From Spirochaetia bacterium (lineage in GTDB: Bacteria; Spirochaetota; Spirochaetia; UBA9216), in the NCBI GenBank assembly GCA_963677925.2, contig CAXXYH010000004.1, forward strand, positions 2,208,001-2,272,000: a stretch of DNA of 64,000 bases, written 5' to 3'. The stretch's first letter is position 1. Each line of letters starts with the position of its first letter. The notes beneath the pieces were generated by a model that was given only the letters and a program-made list of their open reading frames with translations, did not search any database and was not told the origin of the DNA. Of this stretch, positions 1 to 8,922 are shown piece after piece. Made by a program: the position numbers and the translations under genes.

Positions 1-234
1 CTGCCGATGACTACGATAATCGCTATAAACCTGGGCCTTGTAATAGGAGGCGCAATTCAGGTTGAAACAATCTTCTCCTGGCCGGGGCTTGGTAGACTTA
101 TGTATGAGGCACTGATAAACAGGGATTATCCTCTGCTCCAGGGGATTTTCATGCTGGTAAGCATAGCAGTAATCGGGGCTAACCTCATCGCTGATATTCT
201 CTACAGTTATCTTGATCCGAGGGTAAAGGGATGA
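1..234 (+). CDS. Peptide/nickel ABC transporter permease, OppB/DppB family (5' truncated by window edge)
   Basis: C-terminal motifs VETIFSWPGLG, RDYPLLQG and DILYSYLDPRV; frame is open from base 1. Confidence 0.9.
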   Translation: MPMTTIIAINLGLVIGGAIQVETIFSWPGLGRLMYEALINRDYPLLQGIFMLVSIAVIGANLIADILYSYLDPRVKG

Positions 235-1127
235 TGGTTGATACAAATAAGTTAAACGACAGCAGCGTCAGTATTAAAAACAGGAATAAAGACCTTCTTG
301 ATGCCTTTTTGCAGAACCGTATGGGAATGGCCGGGTTTATCATGTTTTCATTTTTTCTTCTGATGGCTGTATTCGGGCCGCTGTTTCTTCCCTACGATCC
401 GCTTGAGTTCGGCAGCGGCTCCGATGTGTTTGCTGCACCAAGCCTCGAGCATCCGCTAGGACTTGATGATATGGGCAGGGATGTAATGAGGGCGCTCATT
501 TCCGGATCGCGGGTTTCCCTTCTGGTAGGGGTGCTTGCCACGGTTATTTCAATGATGCTCGGTACGGTAATAGGAATTGTTTCCGGATATTTCGGAGGCA
601 AAACCGACATGCTTCTCATGCGCTTTACCGATATCTTTCTTGTTCTGCCCTGGCTGCCTCTTATGCTGGTAATAGCCGCTATACTTGGCAGTAATATCTG
701 GAATATTATCTTTGTTATCGGTCTTACAAGCTGGTCGGGGACTGCAAGAGTAGTACGTGCCCAGACGCTTACCGTAAAAGAGAATCAGTATGTTGAAAGG
801 GCCAAGGCAATTGGAGCCGGACATCTGCATATAATGTTCAAGCATATAATGCCGAATGTTTTCCCGCTGGTATTTGCAAATACAATACTCATTGCCGCAG
901 TGGCTATTATATCCGAAACAACTCTAAGCTTTCTGGGGATGGGCGATACCCTTCGTCCGAGCTGGGGGATGATGCTGCATTTTGCATTCGAGTCCGGGGC
1001 TTCAAGTGCCGGCGCTTTCTGGTTTCTCATCCCGCCGGGAATCTGCGTAATTCTGGTTGTTCTGTCCTTTACATTCCTCGGATACGCATTTGATGAAATA
1101 CTGAATCCCAAACTGAGGCGCAGGTAG
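231..1127 (+). CDS. Peptide ABC transporter permease, OppC/DppC family
   Basis: HPLGLDDMGRD, EAA loop YVERAKAIGA, KHIMPNV, PSWGMML. Confidence 0.92.
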   Translation: MMVDTNKLNDSSVSIKNRNKDLLDAFLQNRMGMAGFIMFSFFLLMAVFGPLFLPYDPLEFGSGSDVFAAPSLEHPLGLDDMGRDVMRALISGSRVSLLVGVLATVISMMLGTVIGIVSGYFGGKTDMLLMRFTDIFLVLPWLPLMLVIAAILGSNIWNIIFVIGLTSWSGTARVVRAQTLTVKENQYVERAKAIGAGHLHIMFKHIMPNVFPLVFANTILIAAVAIISETTLSFLGMGDTLRPSWGMMLHFAFESGASSAGAFWFLIPPGICVILVVLSFTFLGYAFDEILNPKLRRR

Positions 1128-1131
1128 ATAA

Positions 1132-2097
1132 ATGGAATTACTTGAAATAAATAATCTTGTTACTAATTTTACTATAAAGGCCGGAGTTGTTCAGGCTGTA
1201 AACGGCGTGGGCTTCAGTCTTGGTAAAGGTGAAACCCTCGGCGTCGTAGGCGAATCCGGCTGCGGTAAATCCACACTTGCACTGTCGATTGCAAGGCTGC
1301 TCCCGAAAGAAGGAAAATCCACCGGTGGTGAGGTAATTCTTGACGGCACAGACCTGCTAAAACTTTCAGACGAAGAACTGAGACAGAGAAGGTGGAAGGA
1401 TTTTTCCATAGTGTTTCAGGGTGCGATGAATGCTCTTAATCCGGTAATGAAGGTCGGAGAGCAGATATCTGAGGTGATAATGCTTCATGAAAAATGTACT
1501 CCGAAGGCCGCAAAGGAAAAAGTCATTGAATTGTTTGAACTTGTGGAAATAGACAAGGCAAGGGTTAACAATTATCCGCATGAATTCAGCGGCGGTATGA
1601 AGCAGCGGGTAATGATTGCAATGGCGCTTGCCTGTTCTCCGAAACTGCTCATAGGTGATGAACCGACCACCGGCCTTGATGTTATTGTTCAGGCCCAGAT
1701 ACTTGATCTGCTTAGAAGGCTGTGCAGTTCAAAGGATATGGCTTTTATTCTAATTACACACGACCTTTCCATTCTCTCGGAGATTGCAGACAAGGTGGCA
1801 GTAATGTACGCGGGGAATATTGTTGAAATAGGTAAAACAGAAGATGTCCTTCAGAAAAGCGCTCATCCATACACCCGGAAACTGGCAGAATCATTTCCTG
1901 ATGTTAACGGAAAAAGGGAAATGGTGTCATCAATTCCCGGAACGCCGCCGAATCTGATTAATCCTCCCCACGGCTGCAGGTTTCATCCCCGATGTGAGTC
2001 GACCTGCGATATCTGCAGAACTGAGGTTCCTGAATATCAGGATCTTGGAAATGGTCACCTTGTAGCCTGCCACAGCGGGTCAGGAGTTTTAAAATGA
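1132..2097 (+). CDS. Peptide ABC transporter ATP-binding subunit, OppD family
   Basis: Walker A GESGCGKS, YPHEFSGGMKQR, DEPTT, C-terminal GCRFHPRC/VACH oligopeptide domain. Confidence 0.93.
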   Translation: MELLEINNLVTNFTIKAGVVQAVNGVGFSLGKGETLGVVGESGCGKSTLALSIARLLPKEGKSTGGEVILDGTDLLKLSDEELRQRRWKDFSIVFQGAMNALNPVMKVGEQISEVIMLHEKCTPKAAKEKVIELFELVEIDKARVNNYPHEFSGGMKQRVMIAMALACSPKLLIGDEPTTGLDVIVQAQILDLLRRLCSSKDMAFILITHDLSILSEIADKVAVMYAGNIVEIGKTEDVLQKSAHPYTRKLAESFPDVNGKREMVSSIPGTPPNLINPPHGCRFHPRCESTCDICRTEVPEYQDLGNGHLVACHSGSGVLK

Positions 2098-3098
2098 GTG
2101 CTGTAATTGAAGCCAGGGATCTTAAGATTCATTTTGACATACGAAAGAGTTTTATCGAAGAAGTTATAAAGAACAATAAAAGCCGGGTGAAGGCTGTAGA
2201 CGGAATCAACCTTGAAATAAAAAAAGGCGAGATTGTCTCACTGGTAGGTGAGAGCGGCAGCGGAAAGACCACTCTTGGAAAGGCTCTGCTTTCGCTGGTT
2301 CCTAAAACAGACGGTACAATACTTTTTGACGGGAATGAGGTCCATGCCAAAAAAGGGCGCGAGCTTTCACTTTTCAGACAGAAAGCGCAGATTATTTACC
2401 AGGATCCCTATAAATCGCTTAATCCGCGGTATCTTATTCAGGATATAGTCGCCGAACCGCTGGTGGTAAACAGGCTGGTAAAGACGGCAGCTGAACAGCG
2501 TGAAAGGGTTATCGAAGCACTTACCTGGGCCGGACTTACACCGGCAGAGGATTACCTTCACCGCTTTCCTCATGAACTTAGCGGCGGGCAGAGACAGCGT
2601 GTTGCCATTGCCACCACGCTGATCATGAAACCTGAATTCATCGTTGCTGATGAGCCGGTTTCTATGCTGGATGTGTCAATAAGGGCGGATATACTGAAAC
2701 TGATGGTAGGGCTTCGTGACCGAATGGGTATTTCATACTTGTTTATCACCCACGACCTGTCCCTTGCCTGGCTGATATCAGACCGGATTGCGATTATGTA
2801 CCTTGGGAAGATTGTAGAGATAGGTCCGCCCGCCCTGATTGTGGGTGATTCTCTTCATCCCTATACCCGGGCTCTCATTGATGTAATGCCCCATGTTAAA
2901 TCCTCGGGTAAGAGAAAAAAATCGATACTTAAAGGTGAAACTCCAAATCCGATAAACCTTCCTTCCGGCTGCAGATTCCATCCCAGATGCCCTGCTGCGC
3001 AGGATATATGCAGGAAGGAAGAGCCTGTTCTTCGAAAGATGAAGGATAATCATTTTGTTTCCTGCCACCTTGCAGAAAATTTTGCGGCGGAGGGCTGA
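2094..3098 (+). CDS. Peptide ABC transporter ATP-binding subunit, OppF family
   Basis: GESGSGKT, FPHELSGGQRQR, DEPVSMLDVS, GCRFHPRC. Confidence 0.93.
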   Translation: MSAVIEARDLKIHFDIRKSFIEEVIKNNKSRVKAVDGINLEIKKGEIVSLVGESGSGKTTLGKALLSLVPKTDGTILFDGNEVHAKKGRELSLFRQKAQIIYQDPYKSLNPRYLIQDIVAEPLVVNRLVKTAAEQRERVIEALTWAGLTPAEDYLHRFPHELSGGQRQRVAIATTLIMKPEFIVADEPVSMLDVSIRADILKLMVGLRDRMGISYLFITHDLSLAWLISDRIAIMYLGKIVEIGPPALIVGDSLHPYTRALIDVMPHVKSSGKRKKSILKGETPNPINLPSGCRFHPRCPAAQDICRKEEPVLRKMKDNHFVSCHLAENFAAEG

Positions 3099-3099
3099 A

Positions 3100-4272
3100 A
3101 TGGCAGGTTTGAAAGAGATTACAAATGCCGTTGAGAAATACAGGCAGGAACTGGTCGAGATGGCCGGAACCATTCACCATAATCCGGAAATCGGCGGTAA
3201 TGAGTTTATTGCCATGGAGGCAATCTGCGGTTTCCTTGAAAGACACGGCTTCGATGATGTTCAGCGCGGTGTCGGAGAGCTTAAAACAGCATTCACTGCT
3301 GTATGCAAGGTTAACGGCGGAGGCGGGCTGCGGATCGGTTTCTGTGCTGAATATGATGCCCTGCCCGAAATAGGTCATGCCTGCGGGCATAACCTGATAG
3401 GCGGCGCCAGTGTTGCCGCTGCGGTTGCCCTGGCGGAATGTGGTACTGATATTCCGTTTGAGGTAGTTCTGATCGGAACTCCGGATGAAGAGATAAGCGG
3501 CGGTAAGGTAGATTTGATAAAACTTGGTATATTCGATGATATCGATGCCGCCATGATGTTTCATTCCGGCTACGGCACTTCAATTCATACAGAGTCTCTT
3601 GCATGCAAGACCTGGCTGTTCGGTTACAGGGGCAGAAACGCGCATGCCGCATCCGAGCCGGAAAAGGGCAGGAATGCACTGGACGGTGTGATGCTTACTT
3701 TTACCAATATCAATTACCTGAGGCAGTATCTTAGAGAGGATACGCGCATTCACGGAATAATCAAGGAAGGCGGAAAAGCCAGCAACGTAGTTCCTGATTA
3801 CGCGGTTGCCGAAATATGCATTCGTTCAAAGGATAATGATTACCTGGCATATATTGAAGAGCGCGTCATGGACTGTGCGAAAGCCGGTGCTCTCGCATCG
3901 GGCACAGAGCTTGAAGTGACCCTTTACGGCAATCCATATGATGCAATGGAAAGCAATACCGTTATGGAAGGCCTTTTCAGTGAGAGTCTTGATGAAATTG
4001 CTTATGTTGATATAGCAAAGCATACCGAAAAAACCGGTTCGATAGATATGGGAAATGTAAGCAGGGTAGTCCCTGCGATTCATCCTGTGATTTCGATTTC
4101 TGAGGATGTAGTCATAGGCCATACCCGTGAATATGCGGCTTTATGCGACACACAGAAGGCGTACAATATTATGCTTGAAGTCGGTAAAGCCCTTGCTATG
4201 ACCGGTTATAAAATTATCACTACTTCCGGAATGATTGAGCAGATAAAATCAGAGTTCAGCAGCAGGGGCTGA
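3100..4272 (+). CDS. M20 amidohydrolase/dipeptidase (ACY1L2/PM20D2/AbgB-like)
   Basis: AEYDALPEIGHACGHNLIG, GTPDEE, GRNAHAA, GSIDMGNVS; ATG 3100 follows GGAGG and the oppF stop, so preferred over track start 3055. Confidence 0.85.
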   Translation: MAGLKEITNAVEKYRQELVEMAGTIHHNPEIGGNEFIAMEAICGFLERHGFDDVQRGVGELKTAFTAVCKVNGGGGLRIGFCAEYDALPEIGHACGHNLIGGASVAAAVALAECGTDIPFEVVLIGTPDEEISGGKVDLIKLGIFDDIDAAMMFHSGYGTSIHTESLACKTWLFGYRGRNAHAASEPEKGRNALDGVMLTFTNINYLRQYLREDTRIHGIIKEGGKASNVVPDYAVAEICIRSKDNDYLAYIEERVMDCAKAGALASGTELEVTLYGNPYDAMESNTVMEGLFSESLDEIAYVDIAKHTEKTGSIDMGNVSRVVPAIHPVISISEDVVIGHTREYAALCDTQKAYNIMLEVGKALAMTGYKIITTSGMIEQIKSEFSSRG

Positions 4273-4313
4273 GCTTTTCAGCTGATTGCTTTAAGCATTT
4301 GTGAGGTTAAAAA

Positions 4314-4332
4314 TCCGGGCATTCCGCCCGGA
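4314..4332. terminator. GC hairpin between convergent genes, probable intrinsic terminator
   Basis: TCCGGGC-attcc-GCCCGGA; A-run at 4309-4313 gives a U-tract on the minus strand. Confidence 0.6.
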
Positions 4333-4337
4333 ATATT

Positions 4338-5570
4338 TCAGATAATATCAACAGCCTCTCTGATCACTTTGACAGTATATTCCAGGTCTTCCTGAGTATG
4401 CCTGTAGCATATGTATCCATGATGATAGGGCTGCTGGAATACTCCGTTTCTAATCAGATAGGTATAGAAGTCATTTCTGCGTCTTTTATATGCGGGATCC
4501 ATGTCCTTATTGAATGTGATGAATGACATTGGAGGGATGCCTGAGAGTTCAATGCCCTTTCCGGAATTTTCAAGAATCCGGTTTACCTCATTCATATACC
4601 AGGTACCTTTTTCCCAAATCTTATCGAGGATGCTGTCACGTTCAAGAATCTCGATAGTTTTTAAAGCGGCCACATAGCCAAGACTGTTCGGGAAATAGGT
4701 GGAAGAGATAAATACATCCGATTCTCCCTGCTTCATTATTTCAGATTTTCCCGTGACAGCCGCAATGGAATAGCCGTTTGCCATGGCCTTTCCGAATACA
4801 GCCATATCAGGAGTTACTCCGTAGTATTTCTGGGCTCCTCCTATACTGACCCTGAAGCCAGAGCGAATCTCATCGAAAATCAGGACCGCCCCGTATTTCC
4901 GGGCCAGTTCCTGCACGCCCTCAAGGAAGCCTTCTGCGGGTTCCTCCATATTGTGAGCCAGCGGATGTCCCACAGGAGTAACTATGATTGCAGCTGTCTG
5001 ATCTCCGTGTTTTTTCATTAGATCTTCGAGTCCCTGCAGATCATTGTAGTGGAACTCAAATACATCCTCGTACAGTTTTGCAGGGATGCCTCCCTTAACC
5101 TCTACACACCAGTCATGCCATCCGTGGTAACCGCAGCGCATAATCTTGTCCCTTCCGGTGTAGCTTCTGGCAAGCCGTACAGCTGTGGTTGTAGCATCGG
5201 AGCCTGTTTTAACGAAGAGGCTCATCTCTGAGCAGGGAATTATTTCAGTAAGTTTTTCGGCCAGTTCATTCTGGTATGTCTGGGTCAGGGAGAAACAGAA
5301 CCCCCTGTCCCGAATCTGTTTTATTACAGCCTCATCCACCTCGGTTTCCCTGTAACCCAGGATAATAGGACCATAGGCGCACAGGTAGTCGATGTATTCG
5401 TTTCCATCGATATCGGTGATTTTCCCGCCTTTTCCCTCCTCGATAAAAACAGGATATTCTCCGTCCACGAAGTTATAGGGTCTTCTTATTCCGAGAACTC
5501 CTCCGGGAATAAGTTTTTTTGCTCTTTCAAGTTCTTTAAATGATTGGGTCAGTTTTTTTTCAGGCACCAT
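4338..5570 (-). CDS. kat: Class III PLP aminotransferase, 3-aminobutyryl-CoA aminotransferase (Kat)-like
   Basis: GGVLGIRRPYNFVDGEYP, GYHGWHDWCVEVKGGIP, FDEIRSGFR, FGKAMANG, QPYHHGYICYRH match my recollection of Cloacimonas Kat; next to kamDE-kce-kdd-kamA and no kal in the cluster. Confidence 0.8.
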   Translation of the reverse strand: MVPEKKLTQSFKELERAKKLIPGGVLGIRRPYNFVDGEYPVFIEEGKGGKITDIDGNEYIDYLCAYGPIILGYRETEVDEAVIKQIRDRGFCFSLTQTYQNELAEKLTEIIPCSEMSLFVKTGSDATTTAVRLARSYTGRDKIMRCGYHGWHDWCVEVKGGIPAKLYEDVFEFHYNDLQGLEDLMKKHGDQTAAIIVTPVGHPLAHNMEEPAEGFLEGVQELARKYGAVLIFDEIRSGFRVSIGGAQKYYGVTPDMAVFGKAMANGYSIAAVTGKSEIMKQGESDVFISSTYFPNSLGYVAALKTIEILERDSILDKIWEKGTWYMNEVNRILENSGKGIELSGIPPMSFITFNKDMDPAYKRRRNDFYTYLIRNGVFQQPYHHGYICYRHTQEDLEYTVKVIREAVDII

Positions 5571-5605
5571 TATTTTTACCTCTGAATTAGATTGTACAAA
5601 AATGA

Positions 5606-5622
5606 ATGCAGGAACTGTGCCA
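5606..5622 (-). promoter_or_regulatory. sigma54 (-24/-12) promoter of kat
   Basis: Minus strand reads TGGCACAGTTCCTGCAT (GG-N10-GC), about 36 nt upstream of the kat ATG. Confidence 0.8.
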
Positions 5623-5737
5623 GAAACAGGGCTTTATTTGACAGGTTTAATACGGGAAAAGGCTTATTTTTGGTAAAAAAGTCTGATCTTGTCTATAAAA
5701 ATCAACCATACTGAGCTTCAGGCTGTCAAAAAAAGGG

Positions 5738-5759
5738 GCTGATTCATTTATGAATCAGC
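5738..5759. promoter_or_regulatory. Perfect palindrome, candidate enhancer (UAS) for the kat sigma54 promoter
   Basis: GCTGATTCAT-tt-ATGAATCAGC; overlaps the activator stop codon, about 117 bp upstream of the -24 element. Confidence 0.6.
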
Positions 5760-7172
5760 TTGTTCGCCTATGCCGTAATACTTCATTTTCCGTACTATGG
5801 TTGACTGGCTGATCTCAAGTACGGCTGCCATTTTCCGTGTGAACCGGTGTTTCTGCCAGGCATTGGTTATCAGTTTCTTTTCAAAGGCTTCGACCGCTTC
5901 AGTAAGGGGCTGTATCTGCACAGACATTCCGTCAGATTTAATGATAAGCTCCTCTTTAATATAATCAGACAGATCCTCCCTGGTTATCAGTTTGCCAGAA
6001 GAAAGTACTGCTATTCTTTCAATTGTATTCTCCAGCTCCCTAGTATTTCCGGGCCAGTCGTAGGCCTCAAGCAGCACCAGAGCTTCAGGCGAGAATCGAA
6101 GCTGTTTGTTGAATTTAAGGTTGAACACCTCTATGAAATGATTTATAAGCGGGATAATATCATCCCTGCGATCCCGGAGAGGCGGAATATGAATAGGTAC
6201 AACATTGAGTCTGTAATAGAGATCCTGGCGGAATGTCCCTTCCTGTACCATTTTTTTTAGATTTTTATTGGTGGCTGAAATAATCCTGACATTAATCTTA
6301 ATCGGTTTCCGGCCCCCGATACGGGTTATTTCCTTTTCCTGTATGGCTCTCAGCAGTTTTACCTGCAGGTTCAGACTTATATCACCGATCTCATCGAGGA
6401 AGAGAGTTCCTCCCTCGGCTACTTCAAATAATCCCTGTTTCCCGCCGCGATCAGCTCCTGTAAACGAGCCTTTTTCGTACCCGAAAAGTTCACTTTCCAG
6501 CAGATTTTCGGGGATGGCACTGCAGACAGCGGTGATAAGCGGCTTATTCACGCTTGTCCCTGCGTTATGGATGGCGCGTGAAATAATTTCCTTACCGACT
6601 CCGGATTCTCCGGTTATAAGCACGGTGGAATCGACCTCTCCGAGCCTGAGGGCAAACTTCATAATGTCTTTCATCTGCTGTGATGAAATAATGACATGCT
6701 CCATTTTCATCTGCTGAAGCCGGAGATTAAGAACCTCCATTCTGTAAAGTTCATTTCTTTTTTCCGTCTGGGCAAGGCGGGTTTCAAGATTTTTAAGATC
6801 TGCCATATCACGGAGAGTTGTTACAACGCGGGTGATATTTCCGCTTTCATCGAAGATTGGCGTACCGGTTAGAATGATTTCTTTTCCGTTGGGAAGGGTT
6901 TCGGCAACGCTTGTTGTACATCTGGTTTCCAGAACCATTGTGCTGACCGATTTATTATACACACCGGTTTCTACAAGTTCATCCACCGTCTTCCCGGTGG
7001 TTTCGGATGATTTTATTCCGGTGATTTCTTCGAAGGCCTTATTTGTACGAAGTGTAATTCCGTTTCCGTCAGTAATATATATGCCGTCTGTGACAGAATC
7101 AATAATGGCGTCCAGCTCCCTTATAAGCTGCTGCCGGTTTGCAAGTTCCGCTTCAAGTTCCTTAATTTTCAA
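5748..7172 (-). CDS. PAS-domain sigma54-dependent transcriptional activator (bEBP) with TyrR-type HTH
   Basis: N-terminal PAS; GESGVGKE, ESELFGYEKGSFTGA, LFLDEIG, FRQDLYYRLNV, WPGNTREL; C-terminal TRKMAAVLEISQSTIVRKM. Confidence 0.92.
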   Translation of the reverse strand: MKIKELEAELANRQQLIRELDAIIDSVTDGIYITDGNGITLRTNKAFEEITGIKSSETTGKTVDELVETGVYNKSVSTMVLETRCTTSVAETLPNGKEIILTGTPIFDESGNITRVVTTLRDMADLKNLETRLAQTEKRNELYRMEVLNLRLQQMKMEHVIISSQQMKDIMKFALRLGEVDSTVLITGESGVGKEIISRAIHNAGTSVNKPLITAVCSAIPENLLESELFGYEKGSFTGADRGGKQGLFEVAEGGTLFLDEIGDISLNLQVKLLRAIQEKEITRIGGRKPIKINVRIISATNKNLKKMVQEGTFRQDLYYRLNVVPIHIPPLRDRRDDIIPLINHFIEVFNLKFNKQLRFSPEALVLLEAYDWPGNTRELENTIERIAVLSSGKLITREDLSDYIKEELIIKSDGMSVQIQPLTEAVEAFEKKLITNAWQKHRFTRKMAAVLEISQSTIVRKMKYYGIGEQADS

Positions 7173-7198
7173 TTCGGCCTCCGTCTGAATATTATCAC

Positions 7199-7236
7199 TG
7201 ATTCAAAAATAACTCAACTGAACTGAATATGACTCA
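7199..7236. promoter_or_regulatory. Two tandem TGA-N12-TCA boxes, candidate UAS for the kam operon
   Basis: TGATTCAAAAATAACTCA (7199-7216) and TGAACTGAATATGACTCA (7219-7236) resemble TGATTCATTTATGAATCA at 5740-5757. Confidence 0.55.
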
Positions 7237-7297
7237 GTAATCTTCTTGTATACCGCATAAATCGCCTGAAACAGCGGTAAATCGGGCTTTTTTGTGC

Positions 7298-7314
7298 TGG
7301 CATGCTTCTTGCAT
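7298..7314 (+). promoter_or_regulatory. sigma54 (-24/-12) promoter of the kam operon
   Basis: TGGCATGCTTCTTGCAT (GG-N10-GC), about 45 nt upstream of the kamD TTG, which has a GGAGG RBS. Confidence 0.85.
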
Positions 7315-7358
7315 TAAAATCTAAAGATAAATAGCAAGTCACCTTCGGAGGTTTCCTT

Positions 7359-8922
7359 TTGGAAGAAAAAATAAAAATTGATCATGAGCTTCTGGGCAGA
7401 TGCAGAAAAGCTGCTGTCAGAATTTCCGATAATGTCATGTCGTCCATAGCCGGCCGTACCACCACCTCGGTTGAACGTACAGTTGCAAGGCTGCTGGGGA
7501 TAGACGGTGTGGATGAGCAGGGAATTCCTCTGCCTAATGTTCTGGTTGAACAGCTTAAGACGCATGGAAAACTTGAGGACGGAATCTTTTACTGGTTAGT
7601 GAATTCAATGATAGAGACCGGTAAATCCCCGCGGGAAATAGCTTTGGCAGTAGGAAAGGGAGAGTATGTAATAACAGACTCAAGGCAATATTCCGATGAT
7701 GAAATCCGGCGTACTGCCGGTCCGCTTCTTGAAGAGCGGATCAGTCTTTTTGATGAATCAATTGAGCAGAGGAAAGAGCTTCATTCAAAATATCCGGCAG
7801 GGATAACACCTCTTCTGTATGTGATTGTAGCCACCGGGAATATCTACGAAGATACAGTTTCAGGCGAAGGCTGCCGCAAGGCAGGGGGCGGATATAATTG
7901 CAGTTATCCGTACAACGGCCCAGAGCCTTCTTGATTACGTCCCCTTCGGCCCTACAACCGAGGGCTTCGGCGGAACCTATGCTACCCAGGAAAATTTCCG
8001 CATTATGAGAAAGGCTCTGGATGAGGTCACCGAAGAAACCGGAAGATACATTCATCTGGTAAATTACGCGTCGGGACTCTGTATGCCCGAAATAGCAGTC
8101 ATGGGGGCCTTTGAAGGGCTTGATATGATGCTGAACGACGCAATGTACGGAATACTGTTCCGGGACATCAATATGCAGCGGACTTTTATCGATCAGTACT
8201 TTTCAAGAATGATAAACGCCTGCGCCGGAATTATTATAAACACCGGTGAAGACAATTATCTTACTACAGCTGATGCTCTTGAAAACGGTCACACGGTTCT
8301 TGCCTCTCAGTTTATAAACGAGGAACTTGCCCTGCGCTCGGGAATGCCTAAGAATCTGATAGGACTGGGGCATGCCTTTGAGATTAACCCTGATAAGGAA
8401 GACGGTTTTCTGCTTGAGATAGCACAGGCCCAGCTTATACGGCAGATCTTTCCTGACTGTCCGATAAAGTATATGCCTCCAACAAAGTATATGACCGGAA
8501 ATATCTTTAAGGGGCAGCTCATGGACGGGATGTTCAACCTGGCTTCTGTGATGACAGGGCAGAGTATTCAGCTGCTGGGAATGATGACAGAGGCCATTCA
8601 CACTCCATTTATTCAGGACAGGGCTCTCAGCATTCAGAATGCAAGGTACATCTTCAACAATGCCAGACATCTTCAGGATGAAATAAGCTACCGTCCCGAC
8701 GGAATTATTCAGACCAGAGCTGCTGAAATTCTCAGGCAGACTACTGATATGCTCGAAAAGATTGCGGAGAAGGGGCTGATGCAGGCTATAGAAGATAAAA
8801 TGTTTGCCGATATTTCCCGCCCGCGTGAAGGCGGCAAGGGTAATGACGGTGTTATAGGAATCAGCAGTAATTACAGCAATCCATTTTTGGACATCTTTAA
8901 AAAAAGGCTGGGACTGATATGA
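7359..8922 (+). pseudogene. kamD: D-lysine/beta-lysine 5,6-aminomutase alpha subunit, interrupted by a +1 frameshift at 7858-7860 (may be a sequencing error)
   Basis: 5' ORF has TTTSVERTVARLLGIDGVD and YVIVATGNIYED. Removing one T from GTTT restores QAKAAARQGADIIAVIRTTAQSLLDYVPFGPTTEGFGGTYATQENFRIMRKALD, in frame with ORF 8005-8922 (NYASGLCMPE, NTGEDNYLTT, KYMPPTK). Confidence 0.9.

Noticed and set aside
4338-5570. Glutamate-1-semialdehyde aminomutase (hemL)
   Set aside because: It lacks HemL-type GGVNSPVR and no tetrapyrrole genes are nearby; motifs and context fit Kat
6452-6469. GSFTGA instead of GAFTGA as a sign of a sigma54-independent activator
   Set aside because: GSFTGA is a common variant that keeps F and T, and clear sigma54 promoters flank the gene
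7359-8922. Two independent genes (191 aa and 305 aa) as given by the ORF track
   Set aside because: Conserved KamD sequence continues across the junction in the +1 frame; this is one gene with an indel
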